Assembly: GCA_963693055.1 (NCBI GenBank)
Contig: OY843751.1
Coordinates: forward strand, 6,112,001-6,176,000
DNA length: 64,000 bases
Origin: a bacterium
GTDB taxonomy: Bacteria; Zhuqueibacterota; Zhuqueibacteria; Residuimicrobiales; Krinioviventaceae
Direction of reading: 5' to 3'
The number at the start of each line of letters is the position of its first letter. The first letter of the stretch is position 1. Positions 49,101 to 58,517 of this stretch are shown here, piece after piece. The position numbers and the translations under genes were made by a program. The notes beneath the pieces are model-generated. The model worked only from the letters and a program-made list of their open reading frames with translations. It ran no database searches and was not told the origin of the DNA.

Positions 49101-49567
49101 AGTTGTCTAGTGGGCAGACCGCGCGGGTGTTCAATTTTAGCGGCAGGCAGGACCGGGATATTTATGCCAAATCCATCAAGACGGATGTGTCTTACCGGCC
49201 CACTTCCCCGCTTGAACTGGCGTTGGAAGCACGGTTTTCTTTGGAAGAGGACCGATATTATGAAGAACCAACCCAATTGCAGGCCTTTGCACTAGTTCCG
49301 CGGGTGAATTACTCGCTGCGCCAAAAAGGACGTTTAACTGCCGAGCTTGAATGGAGTAATGTTACAGCCGAGCCGGAAGATCGGGTAATTCCCTATGAAA
49401 TGGCAAGCGGCCGCAGTTTAGGCCAGTCTTTACGTTGGGATATGCGTTTTGATTACCGTATTTCAGATACCATCCGCGCTACGTTTTCGTATTGCGGAAG
49501 AAACGAACCGGAACGTGACCGTACCATCCATACCGGTCGGGCACAAGTCACTGCAGCATTTAAATAG
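46139..49567 (+). CDS. Large outer-membrane beta-rich hypothetical protein
   Basis: Signal peptide; SGSITRG, LTDQ.TPIQPEG.TQ.LQE.DKVF, QGPY.L, ERVYIDG and DY.IDY motifs; aromatic residue near the C-terminus. Confidence 0.75.
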   Translation: MSAFISPQRIRICFLMVLISLPVFAQTSGKLGQTSLYEKDITLMGEDRKGPYFLPDSLILANSESIFINGEPLPPIAYEMDYIDGEVRFKNSISSSISIRLKYKVLYVPLLKSYYHRQIKQRVFNAPTGPSDRHKVSLEQEEEEEYAANLTKSGSITRGVTMGNNRGLKVNSSLNINVNGKVAENVEVVASLTDQTTPIQPEGTTQNLQEIDKVFVQIKAPHLSATMGDFQLNYSGTQFAGYSRKLQGAMGKAESEDFQISVSGAVSRGTYTTMQFNGQESYQGPYQLKGDLGQIDIIILAGTERVYIDGEQMVRGETNDYIIDYAAAQITFTRKRLITSDSRVTIDFQYSDEKFRRNLYSAEGKAQFLDGRISLTTTYLREADDKNNPLDFTLTDDKLSVLQASGDESQLAAIDGASYVGLGEGRYIKDDQSVFVYVGADSGDYQVSFSDVGSGNGAYQYKGSGIFEYVGENEARYAPVVVLPQAQSHNLLDFDLLMQPVSFLKLRGEIAVSGRDENTYSDIDDDDNDGLAQNWSIGLVPEKMRLFGKDLGRMDLTGSWRKINNGFSDIDRTTEIEYNRKWDLPNDAQRGENTRELTGRYMPVTGLAVGGSYGSTRKELFRSERWQAESSLKRKALPEYSVKVEQINTENDNTRQSGDWWRSKGNVSWSLWSVRPFSKYEGEKKRENWSDSLYTGFKFDDVTGGIELNPFQKLSIMAQISNRQDSDYDGPGSFEKKSEANTQNYQMRLQNIKSFNASLDFTHRERIYADPQVSNVNTDLAELRMGFHPWKRAISADMNYQISNTATAKKERVYIEVTEGDGNYRFDEDLNEYVSDPLGDHILRILTTDDFLPVVELKSSSRLRFEPRRVFKPASSKKQPFWKRAVSALSSESYVVIDEKSQEEDVWGIYLMDFSKYRQEATTIFGNLQFRQDLYLFENDRDFSLRFRYRSRDEKNNQYLEGGQDRIEQERILRITARLADKWSSQSELSSGQTARVFNFSGRQDRDIYAKSIKTDVSYRPTSPLELALEARFSLEEDRYYEEPTQLQAFALVPRVNYSLRQKGRLTAELEWSNVTAEPEDRVIPYEMASGRSLGQSLRWDMRFDYRISDTIRATFSYCGRNEPERDRTIHTGRAQVTAAFK

Positions 49568-49645
49568 TTAGTTTTTAAATAAAGATTATAGATGTTTAAG
49601 AATTGTGAAAATTGGATTTTAATATAGTTTAGTCAAATATATTTT

Positions 49646-49705
49646 CTCTGTGTCCTTTGTGTCTCTGTGGTTCTATTTCACCACAGAGACACAGAGAACA
49701 CGGAG
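49646..49705. repeat. 26-bp inverted repeat of the CCACAGAGACACAGAG type
   Basis: CTCTGTGTCCTTTGTGTCTCTGTGGT / ACCACAGAGACACAGAGAACACGGAG, 23/26 complementary, 8-nt loop. Confidence 0.85.
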
Positions 49706-49749
49706 GTTAAAATGAAATAATTTAATTGAAAAATTTAGTTAAAACGAAA

Positions 49750-51507
49750 ATGAAAAAGAATCTGATACATATATTTTTGATTCAATTGATGGCCTTTTAC
49801 GGACTATATGCCAAGCCCACAATAAAGGATATTGGTTTTCATGGTATTGAACAGGTCTCTGAAAAACAGGCGCGGGAATGGCTTGACATGAAGGAAAATG
49901 CCGTTTTTGATATAACTGCAATCCGTTCAAATATCACCAAGCTGCTGCAAGGGTACAGTGACGCGGGTATGCCGTTTACACGTATGGATTCGCTGTTGTA
50001 CATCATTTCGGAGGACAGCTCTGATGCACAGGTAGATATATATATCACCGAAGGTGAGATGGTTCATGGCGGGGAAATCAATCTTGTGGGTGTAGATAGC
50101 TTGAGAGCCGCTCAGATCAAACAGCACTTTGACTATCGTACCGGTAGAACATTGGATACCGGTCTTTTTGAACGGGACCTGGATGACGCCCTGACACGTC
50201 TTGAGAAAATGGGGCACCCCTTTAGCCGTTTTGATTTATACGCGATGGAACTGGATTCATCCCAATCTTCAATCGGTCTGACATGGAAAACCAGTCTGGG
50301 GCCGCAGTTGATTGTCAAAGAAATCACCATCCTAGGTAATGATTTAACCAAAGATTATGTTATTTTGCGTACCATCAAGATCAAACCCGACCAGTTGTAC
50401 GATTATAACAAGGTTTCTCAGATCAAACAGCGCTTGATGAAATCCGGATTTTTTGAACAAGTAGAAGAACCACAGGTGTTCTGGACTTCCGGGAATGAAG
50501 GCGGATTGCTGATAGAGGTAAAAGAGGGCAACGCAAGCAAGTTTGATGGTGTGCTGGGATACAATCCCGGTACCGATGATGAGGGCGGTTATTTAACCGG
50601 CCTGGTGGATATTGCACTGGGCAATCTGTTTGGCACCGGGCGGGCATTGTCTATTCACTGGCAAAAGCGGGACCGTGAATCTCAGGACCTGAGTTTGCAT
50701 TACCGTGAGCCATGGGTGGCGGGCTGGCCACTGGCAATTGGATTTGGATTTGAACAGTTGATACAGGATAGTACATATATTCAGCGCAATCTGTCTGTTG
50801 ATTTTTCTTTCCCCATTTATGATAATTTTACCGCCATTGGTTCTGTGTCACGCAATGAAATTAGTCCCGATTCGTTGGGCAGCTATCTATTGGGGATCCC
50901 CAAAAGCCGTACCCTTAATGCCGCTATAGGATTAACATACGATACCCGTGATGATCGCATTAATCCGCAGAACGGGGTGTATTATGAGACCGAGATCGAG
51001 TCCGGAGTCAAGACCAATCTGGGTCCGCAGAATTTGATGGAAATGCTCGAGTTACGTGAGGATGTGAACAACAAGCGTCTCTCACTGGATGTTGAATTTT
51101 ATCAGCTTTTATTTAAACGTCAGGTGCTGGCGGTCACATTACATGGACGTCAGGTACGCAGCAACGAAAAATACATTCCGGTATCTGACCAGTATCGACT
51201 GGGGGGAACTCGTTCGCTACGTGGTTTTCGGGAAGATCAGTTCCGGGGTTCGGGGATTGCCTGGAGCAATCTGGAATATCGATATATTATGGGTCGGCGT
51301 TCGTGGGCGTTTTTGTTTCTGGATACCGGTTATTATTTCAGCGAGACCCAGTCCGGAGTGAATGAGGATTACAAAATCGGCTATGGATTTGGATTCAGGC
51401 TTGAGACCGGTTTGGGGATCATGGGGATTGATTATGGTCTGGGTAGAGGGGAAACCGATGGCCTGTTCAGCGGTATGCTGCACGTGGGTATCGTCAACGA
51501 ATTTTAA
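49750..51507 (+). CDS. Omp85 family (BamA/TamA-like) protein with POTRA domains
   Basis: I.GN.LTKDYVI.R POTRA; NLFGTGR, YDTRD, GG.RSLRGF.E, LEYR and GYGFG.R motifs; C-terminal F. Confidence 0.92.
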   Translation: MKKNLIHIFLIQLMAFYGLYAKPTIKDIGFHGIEQVSEKQAREWLDMKENAVFDITAIRSNITKLLQGYSDAGMPFTRMDSLLYIISEDSSDAQVDIYITEGEMVHGGEINLVGVDSLRAAQIKQHFDYRTGRTLDTGLFERDLDDALTRLEKMGHPFSRFDLYAMELDSSQSSIGLTWKTSLGPQLIVKEITILGNDLTKDYVILRTIKIKPDQLYDYNKVSQIKQRLMKSGFFEQVEEPQVFWTSGNEGGLLIEVKEGNASKFDGVLGYNPGTDDEGGYLTGLVDIALGNLFGTGRALSIHWQKRDRESQDLSLHYREPWVAGWPLAIGFGFEQLIQDSTYIQRNLSVDFSFPIYDNFTAIGSVSRNEISPDSLGSYLLGIPKSRTLNAAIGLTYDTRDDRINPQNGVYYETEIESGVKTNLGPQNLMEMLELREDVNNKRLSLDVEFYQLLFKRQVLAVTLHGRQVRSNEKYIPVSDQYRLGGTRSLRGFREDQFRGSGIAWSNLEYRYIMGRRSWAFLFLDTGYYFSETQSGVNEDYKIGYGFGFRLETGLGIMGIDYGLGRGETDGLFSGMLHVGIVNEF

Positions 51508-51583
51508 TCCTGTTGAGAATTCACACTACCCCTACCTTGCATATAGAATAGTAGATCACACGCTTTTATTTTTGTAAAATCTA

Positions 51584-51679
51584 TCGTACCAGGGCCGAGC
51601 CTTGGTATGTGTAATAAATCCTGGAACGAGTGATATCAAATAATACCCGCCATCTGGTTCCAGGCTCTGCCTTGAATCC
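51584..51679. repeat. Degenerate REP-like palindromes
   Basis: TCGTACCAGGGCCGAGCCTTGGTATG, CCTGGAACGAG and TCTGGTTCCAGGCTCTGCCTTGAATCC resemble each other and the CTCGTACCCAAACTC..TTTGGG unit at 59579. Confidence 0.45.
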
Positions 51680-54545
51680 ATGTCAATCCAAGATCGTTTA
51701 CAGAGATGAGTAAATTGGGGAAATGTTAATGATTTTTATATAGTGTAACACATTTCATACTTGCGTTTTATTGGTTTTGCATGTATAATTAGAATATACC
51801 ACAGATGACTTTCTGCAGGGGACAATCGCATCGGGATTCCGGTATTGATTGATGATAAAGTATGTTAAATGATCATCTTATTTTGGAGTGCAAGATGAAA
51901 AGCCGTAGTTCTGTTCTTCTGCTTTTATTAATGGTCAATGTGGTGCTATCTGACGCGATCAAAGTCAATGATAATGTGGTTACCAGCAATCAAGACCTGC
52001 CCGCTATTGCTATGCATCCCAATGGCCCCACGGTCATTTGCTGGCAAGATGGGCGGAATGATGGATTGGATATCTATTTTCAATTGTTCGGCCGCAAAGG
52101 GGCTATGAATGGTGTGAACCGAATGGTTAACGATGTTTCAGATTCCAGCGCAATGTATCCTTTTGTAGATATGAGTAATCAGGGGCATTTTGTAATTACC
52201 TGGAATGATAAACGCAGTGGCAATGTAGATGTTTATTACCAATATTATACTGCAAACGGAACGCCGGTTGGGGAAAACATACAAATCAATGACGACGATA
52301 CTGAATTTACACAAATGTTTCCGGTTGTGGATTTTGCAAAGGATGGGAGTTTTGTCATATCATGGTCTGATGCCCGAAATGGAGAAGATTTTGATATTTA
52401 CGCGCAACGATTCAGTTCGGACAGAGAACCTATTGGTAAAAATTTTTTGGTCAATCAATCTACCCAATATCTCCAGATACAATCCCGAATAGCGGTTTCC
52501 GATTCCGGTAATTTCTGTATTGTTTGGCAGCACAGTGCAGAAGGATCAGGTGAAATTTATGCACGAATTTTTAATAAAGAAGGAACGCCTGTTTCTTCAG
52601 AATTTGTTGTAAGCACACATCTTGACAGTTCGTTAGATTGCTGGACACCTGATGTAGCAGTATTGGCTGATGGACGTTTCGGTATAACCTGGACCTCGGG
52701 AAGTGAAGATCCGGGACGGGAAGCGTATATCAGTGTATATGATGCTAATGCCAACCGCTTAATAGGGCCAGAACGTATTTCGACACTGGATGAATATGAA
52801 TATGTCAGCATGTCACGAATTGCTGCTCATCCGGAATGGAGTGTATTTGAGATCCTTTGGTTGGGATTCAAAGATAGCAACTGGGGACTGTATTCTGATG
52901 ATATCGCTCCGGATATGGCATTTTCTCCTAATCCGTATCATGTTTGTGATTTTGACGGGGGCTATTTTTATTTTGATATTACGCTTGCCCATTTAAAGAA
53001 TTCAATATATGTCTGGCAGGACGGAATAGTTGATGAATTGGATATCTTTGCCGATTGGAACGGTGAAAAAATACCCATGCGCATGACTTTTGGAACCGGG
53101 TTTGACGGAGTGGTACCCATATCCTGGGAGCCGCCTTATGGATATCAGGATGTTGAAAAATACAATATTTATCGTATGCTGCCCGGCATATCAGGACCGG
53201 AAAAGATAGAAACGGTAGATCCCTCATTGCGTATTTTACCCAATATGATGCTGGATTATATCGATACTACGGCGGAAAATGGACAGGAATATGTTTATTC
53301 TGTTGAAATGGATGGCAGCGGTGCGCCAGCTATTATATTACCTGACACAGTCAAGCCGCAAGCCGGCGGGCACAAAATCCGTTCTCAATGGGCAAGCACG
53401 GTTCCCAACATCAATGGTATTCCGGATTATGATTTGGAAGAATGGAAAGGGGCTATCCCCTTGAATATTAAAAATCCTGACGCACAAGATATGGTTGTGT
53501 TGATTGTTATGAATGATGATGACAACTTGTACTTGGCAGTCTATGATGCCAATGATTTTATGCTTGATCCCGGTAATGCATTGGGAATACTGTTTGATGA
53601 AGATGGTGACGGCCGTTGGGAGCACTCTCTTTCTCTGGAAGAGGGGATGATCCGTTTAACAAATGCCTCTACCCAGTTTAGCCCGTTTCTGGGAGAATAT
53701 CCGAACGGGATGCATTTTGGCGTTCCGAAAGTTGATGATAATATAGAATTCGCAGTAGAAAACAATGAAGGCCATATATGGTATGAAGCACGTATCAGTC
53801 TGAAATCCAGTACTCTAAAAGCATCTGCAGGGGATGATATTAAAGCGGCAATCTGGATTGAAGATCCCGGTACGTTTTATGGCAATGGATACGGCAACAG
53901 TGGTGAGTGGCCATTGAATTGTTTGTGGGATTCTGCCCTGCCATTGGGCACCATTACCCTGGCAACACACAAAGACACCATTAAACAATATGACTGGCCC
54001 ATGGTGCACGGAAATCCCCTGGGTAACAATTGGTTAAAAGATGAAGATGTCTTGTACCCTCCCCTGAATACTATTGAATATTTTGCGGATGCCGAGTATG
54101 GTGTAGAAGTATTAAAAACCTTTGGTCACTATCTCATTGTAGGATATTCCAATGATCCGGTTAAATTTACTGTTTTTGATATAAACGAACGTGAGATTCT
54201 ATGGAGTTTTGAACCTCCGGGCTCTAAAAGTGCTTTGAATTGTATACCGGCAACGGATGGCAATGTGGTCGTGTTTGGGGCTCAACAGGCCCTGGGGCTT
54301 TATGGTCTGGATTTGGCGACAGGTGAAGAACTCTGGTTAAAACCCATGGGTTCGTTGCATCTTCAAAATCCGGTTATAGATGATGGCCGGGTCTATATCT
54401 GTAATGATTCGCTTTACTGCCTTGATTTGGAGAATGGTGAAACAATATGGTCTCATGATAATGAGTACATTACCAGACAAATGACACCGGTAGTGGATAA
54501 AGATTTTGTTTATTATAATACAGGGCGAAAATTGTTATGTTTTGA

Positions 54546-55877
54546 CACTACTGTCCCAACGTTAGGGGAAAGTAGTGATTGTATTTAATTGTTAATTATA
54601 TCTTTACGCTATCATTTTTAACGGGAACGATTTGAATTAAATTATTACATTTCACCATTCTATCACAACAAAACAATGGCGGAGGAATGGCGAAATGCAC
54701 GAAGGGAAAACTGTTTTTTCTCAAATAATGGAATTCCTGCCTTTAAAGGCATTCCATCGTTGCGTCCACAAATACAGAGGAGAGTATAAAGTTAAATCCT
54801 TCTCGTGTCTTGATCAATTTTATTGCATGGCTTTTGCCCAACTCACTTTCCGAGATAGTTTGAGAGATATAGAAGCTTGTTTAAGATCACAACGAAAACT
54901 ACTTTACCACATGGGTTTTCGCAGCATAGTTGCTCGAAATACTTTGGCTAATGCAAATGAACATCGAGACTGGCGCATCTATGCTGAATTTGCTCAAATA
55001 CTTATTAATCAGGCCCGCAAGTTATATCGTGATGAAAAATTCGGCCTTGAATTAAAAGAAATGGTTTACGCATTAGATTCAACAACAATTGACTTGTGCC
55101 TTTCTTTATTTCCATGGGCCAGATTTAGAAAATCAAAAGGTGCTATAAAAGTGCATACTCAAATGGACCTTCGTGGTAACATACCAACTTTTATAGAGAT
55201 AACTGAAGGGAAAATCCACGATGTTAACATTCTTGATATGTTGATTCCTGAGCCTGGCGCCATATATTTGCTAGACAAGGGTTACATAGATTTTGAGCGT
55301 CTGTATAGATTCCATCAAGCTGGAGCCTTTTTTGTCATTCCGGCAAAGTCGAACCTTAAAGCTAAAAGGGTCTATTCACATCCGGTTAATAAAAGTACAG
55401 GTCTTCGATGTGATCAAACAGTTTCTTTAGTGAATTACTATGCATCACGAGATTATCCTGAAAGACTCAGACGCGTTAAAATATACATAACTGATCAAAA
55501 ACGAACGCTCGTTTTGTTGACAAATATTTTTAACTTGCCGGCATTAACTATTCCTGAACTATATAGATGCCGCTGGCAAATTGAATTGTTTTTTAAATGG
55601 ATAAAACAAAACCTAAAAATTAAGTCCTTTTATGGCACTTCAGTCAATGCCGTTAAATCGCAAATATGGATTGCAATATGTATATACGTGCTTATAGCGA
55701 TAATAAAGAAACGTTTGAATATTGCGATTCCGCTCTACACTTTTTTGCAAATATTAAGCGTTAATATGTTTCAAAGAACTCCTATTTTACAGTTACTTAG
55801 CAACAATGATAATCTTACTCATGGCTTACAAAATGATAACCAATTGAATTTATTCAACTAATATTGGGACAGTAGTG
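54546..55877 (+). mobile_element. IS4 family insertion sequence, 1332 bp
   Basis: Perfect 14-bp IRs CACTACTGTCCCAA; 9-bp target duplication ATGTTTTGA at 54537-54545 and 55878-55886. Confidence 0.97.
54695..55861 (+). CDS. IS4 family transposase (DUF4372 N-terminus)
   Basis: FAQLT.R.SLRDIE, LDSTTIDLC, DKGYIDF and Y..RWQIELFFKWIKQ motifs. Confidence 0.96.
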   Translation: MHEGKTVFSQIMEFLPLKAFHRCVHKYRGEYKVKSFSCLDQFYCMAFAQLTFRDSLRDIEACLRSQRKLLYHMGFRSIVARNTLANANEHRDWRIYAEFAQILINQARKLYRDEKFGLELKEMVYALDSTTIDLCLSLFPWARFRKSKGAIKVHTQMDLRGNIPTFIEITEGKIHDVNILDMLIPEPGAIYLLDKGYIDFERLYRFHQAGAFFVIPAKSNLKAKRVYSHPVNKSTGLRCDQTVSLVNYYASRDYPERLRRVKIYITDQKRTLVLLTNIFNLPALTIPELYRCRWQIELFFKWIKQNLKIKSFYGTSVNAVKSQIWIAICIYVLIAIIKKRLNIAIPLYTFLQILSVNMFQRTPILQLLSNNDNLTHGLQNDNQLNLFN

Positions 55878-56796
55878 ATGTTTTGATAAAGTTAATGGTA
55901 CGTTACAATGGGAATTGACAAACTTGCATTTTAATGGCCCCCTGGTTTTGGATGAATACTGTATGTATACATTCCACAATGATTCTCTGGCTTCGCGTAA
56001 TAAAGCGGATGGCAGTATAATCTGGTCTACGTTTATTGATGATCTGGATTTGGTAAGAGGGTACACCAATCACATTGCAGTTGACAATTCTCATGTCTGT
56101 CTTGCAATTGGTGGTAATTCAGATACGGTTGCGGAATTGCGCACATTTGATAAAACAGACGGCAGTTTGCTATGGCATTATGATTTCCCGGTTTGGATGT
56201 TGACAGAGCCTCTTATTGCCAATGATGTGGTTTATGTGATCAATGACGAGTTGTGGGCATTTGATGTAAATACAGGAGACAGTCTGTTCTGTTCTCAGGA
56301 AAGCGGTACTTTACGATTAACGCAACCAGCTTTGACAAATCACCGATTATTTGTAGCTACCCATGATAAAATTTTTGCAATGGACCATCGTATTGTTAAT
56401 GCAATTCAAGATAATGAACCGGTAGTAATGGATTACCGGTTGTATTCCAACTATCCCAATCCCTTCAATCCTGAAACTACAATATCTTTTCAAATACCAC
56501 AAAAGAGTCATGTGGAGCTACAAGTGTATGATGTTACGGGTCGTCTGGTACGGACGCTAATTGATGGGGAAATGAGAACCGGTGTTCACCAGGTACAGTT
56601 TAATGGCGAGGGACTGGCATCCGGTATTTATTTTTACAGGTTAACAGCAAATGATTATAAAGCATATGGTAAAATGTTGTTTGTGAAATAAGGAAAATTT
56701 TCCGGTAGGTTTTGGAAAAAAGGCGGTTATTTCATATAGTATTTACTAGAAGTAACCGGAAGTCAAACAAAGATTTTAAAACTTACCGGAGGACAA

Positions 56797-57624
56797 ATGT
56801 ACAATACTCGTAGTAGTTTGTATGACAGGATATTAGAAAAAACACCCGAGCAAGTATTCATCAATTCTTTACGAAAAGAATTTGAATTATCACCGGCAGA
56901 AAGTAAAGGGATATTGGATTTAGCCAAGCAGTGTTTATTTGGCGAGGTTCCCCAGACAGTTGGTAAAATAAAATATATCTGCGCATCCACCAAGGCAAAA
57001 CATGGCAAGCCCCTGGGTGAGCAGGAATTGAAAGAAGTAGAGTTAACACTGGATGCCGGTGTAGAAGATTTAAATGTATTAAAAGAAAGCGGTCCCAAGG
57101 CACTGCGCCAGTTAAAGGTCTTACGATTGACCGAAGAAGCCTGGGATCAGGAAGGTTCTTTGACACAAGAGGATTTGGCCCGGATCCTCCAGGTTACGAG
57201 CCGCACTGTACGCCAGGATATAAAGTCTTTGCAGACTGATGGCAACTTTATTCACACGCGCGGAACAGACCATGACATCGGTCGGAGCTTGTCACACAAA
57301 AGCCACATTATTGAACTGTATTTGCAGGGAGACACATACGATGCAATTATTCGTAAAAGTCGTCATAGCGCGTTTTCAATAAAACGATATGTGTGCAGCT
57401 TTGGCAGGCTGTTGTTATTACTGAATCATGGTATGCAGGATATCAAAGAGATCAGTCGGTTATTAGGCCAAAGTGAGCGTTTGACCCGTGAGTACCTGGA
57501 TATTTTTGAGCATCATAAACAGGGTGACAAATGGCCGCCGATCTATGTAGAGTTATTGGAGCAATTAAAGGTGTTATACCCCTCGAAAAAAAAACAAACC
57601 AAGGAGGGGATCGATGAAGACTAA
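56797..57624 (+). CDS. DUF1670-like protein A (HTH-containing)
   Basis: RLTEEA.DQ.G.LTQEDLA.IL..T.RTV..DI, TRG..HDIG...SHK and HS...I.RY motifs; GGAGG RBS. Confidence 0.8.
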   Translation: MYNTRSSLYDRILEKTPEQVFINSLRKEFELSPAESKGILDLAKQCLFGEVPQTVGKIKYICASTKAKHGKPLGEQELKEVELTLDAGVEDLNVLKESGPKALRQLKVLRLTEEAWDQEGSLTQEDLARILQVTSRTVRQDIKSLQTDGNFIHTRGTDHDIGRSLSHKSHIIELYLQGDTYDAIIRKSRHSAFSIKRYVCSFGRLLLLLNHGMQDIKEISRLLGQSERLTREYLDIFEHHKQGDKWPPIYVELLEQLKVLYPSKKKQTKEGIDED

Positions 57625-58429
57625 GCCTTTAAATCGTTATGAATCAATAGCTAAGCGTAGCTTTCAAAATGCGATTATTCGATTACTGGAAGAAAATTAT
57701 AAAATGCTGGGAAGCCACAAAGTCATCCGGATGATTGCGGAAGATATTGTCGCATTGCAAAATGAATTTTATCCAGAGCTGGAAAAGAAAAGTTTTGGTC
57801 AGATTATCTGGCGGACAACCAAAGCGACAAACCGAAAGCCAAGCTATGGCACAAAAGCGGAAGATTATGAGGTTCAGACAGTTGTGCTACCGTTGGTAAC
57901 AGATGCGGATATTGACAATCGTATCAAAAGCCATTATTCTTATCCCCCAAAAGATGGCAGTGCTAATTATGAAAAACAAACAGAACGGGATATTAAAGTA
58001 ATGGCGCGGTTATGCAAGAGTGCGGCAGAACAGGGCGGCTGGTTGACAGGTGCAGAACTCAGTGTATTGTTGAATCGCTCATTAAACACTATTGGTCGGT
58101 ATATGACAATTTATCATGAAACGCATGATGATATATTGCCGACTAAAGGAATGATGCTGGATCAGGGCAGTAAGCCGACGCATAAAGCCGCAATTATAGA
58201 TTTGTACGAGCAGGGATATCCCGAACCGGATATCGCCCGGATTACAAATCACACAATTGAATCAACGAGTCGGTATTTAAAGAGTTACAAGAACGTAAAA
58301 TCATTATTGGAAAAAGGTTTTAATTTAATGGAAATGGTAAGAATAACCGGATTAGGACGGAGTACAATATTACAATACCGTGATCTGGTTTATCATTATC
58401 ATTCAGATTTAATACAAAAGAAAACTTGA
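57614..58429 (+). CDS. DUF1670-like protein B (paralog of A)
   Basis: RL...A.EQGG.LT..ELS.LL, PTKG...DQG...THK and HT.ES..RY motifs; AAGGAGG RBS; 11-nt overlap with protein A gene. Confidence 0.8.
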   Translation: MKTKPLNRYESIAKRSFQNAIIRLLEENYKMLGSHKVIRMIAEDIVALQNEFYPELEKKSFGQIIWRTTKATNRKPSYGTKAEDYEVQTVVLPLVTDADIDNRIKSHYSYPPKDGSANYEKQTERDIKVMARLCKSAAEQGGWLTGAELSVLLNRSLNTIGRYMTIYHETHDDILPTKGMMLDQGSKPTHKAAIIDLYEQGYPEPDIARITNHTIESTSRYLKSYKNVKSLLEKGFNLMEMVRITGLGRSTILQYRDLVYHYHSDLIQKKT

Positions 58430-58466
58430 AAATTTGAAAAGGAATTAATAGGTTAGGTTGTCATTG

Positions 58467-58517
58467 TTTTTCAGCTAACTCCAGTCGCCCTACGAGCTCC
58501 TTTCGTTAGCTGAAAAA
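58467..58517. other. Stem-loop in the 3' non-coding end of the DUF1670 element
   Basis: 13-bp perfect stem TTTTTCAGCTAAC / GTTAGCTGAAAAA enclosing 25 nt. Confidence 0.8.

Larger units (their letters stand above)
51895..56691 (+). pseudogene. Large secreted protein (N-terminal repeats, CBM9-like domain, PQQ-like propeller, T9SS/FlgD C-terminal domain) split by IS4
   Basis: Removing 54546-55886 joins ORFs 51862..54588 and 55915..56691 in frame (…GRKLLCFD|KVNGTLQWELTNLHF…), giving about 1151 aa from ATG 51895. Confidence 0.92.

Noticed and set aside
55915-56691. 258-aa ORF as an independent gene
   Set aside because: It is the in-frame C-terminal part of the IS4-interrupted gene and has no signal peptide of its own.
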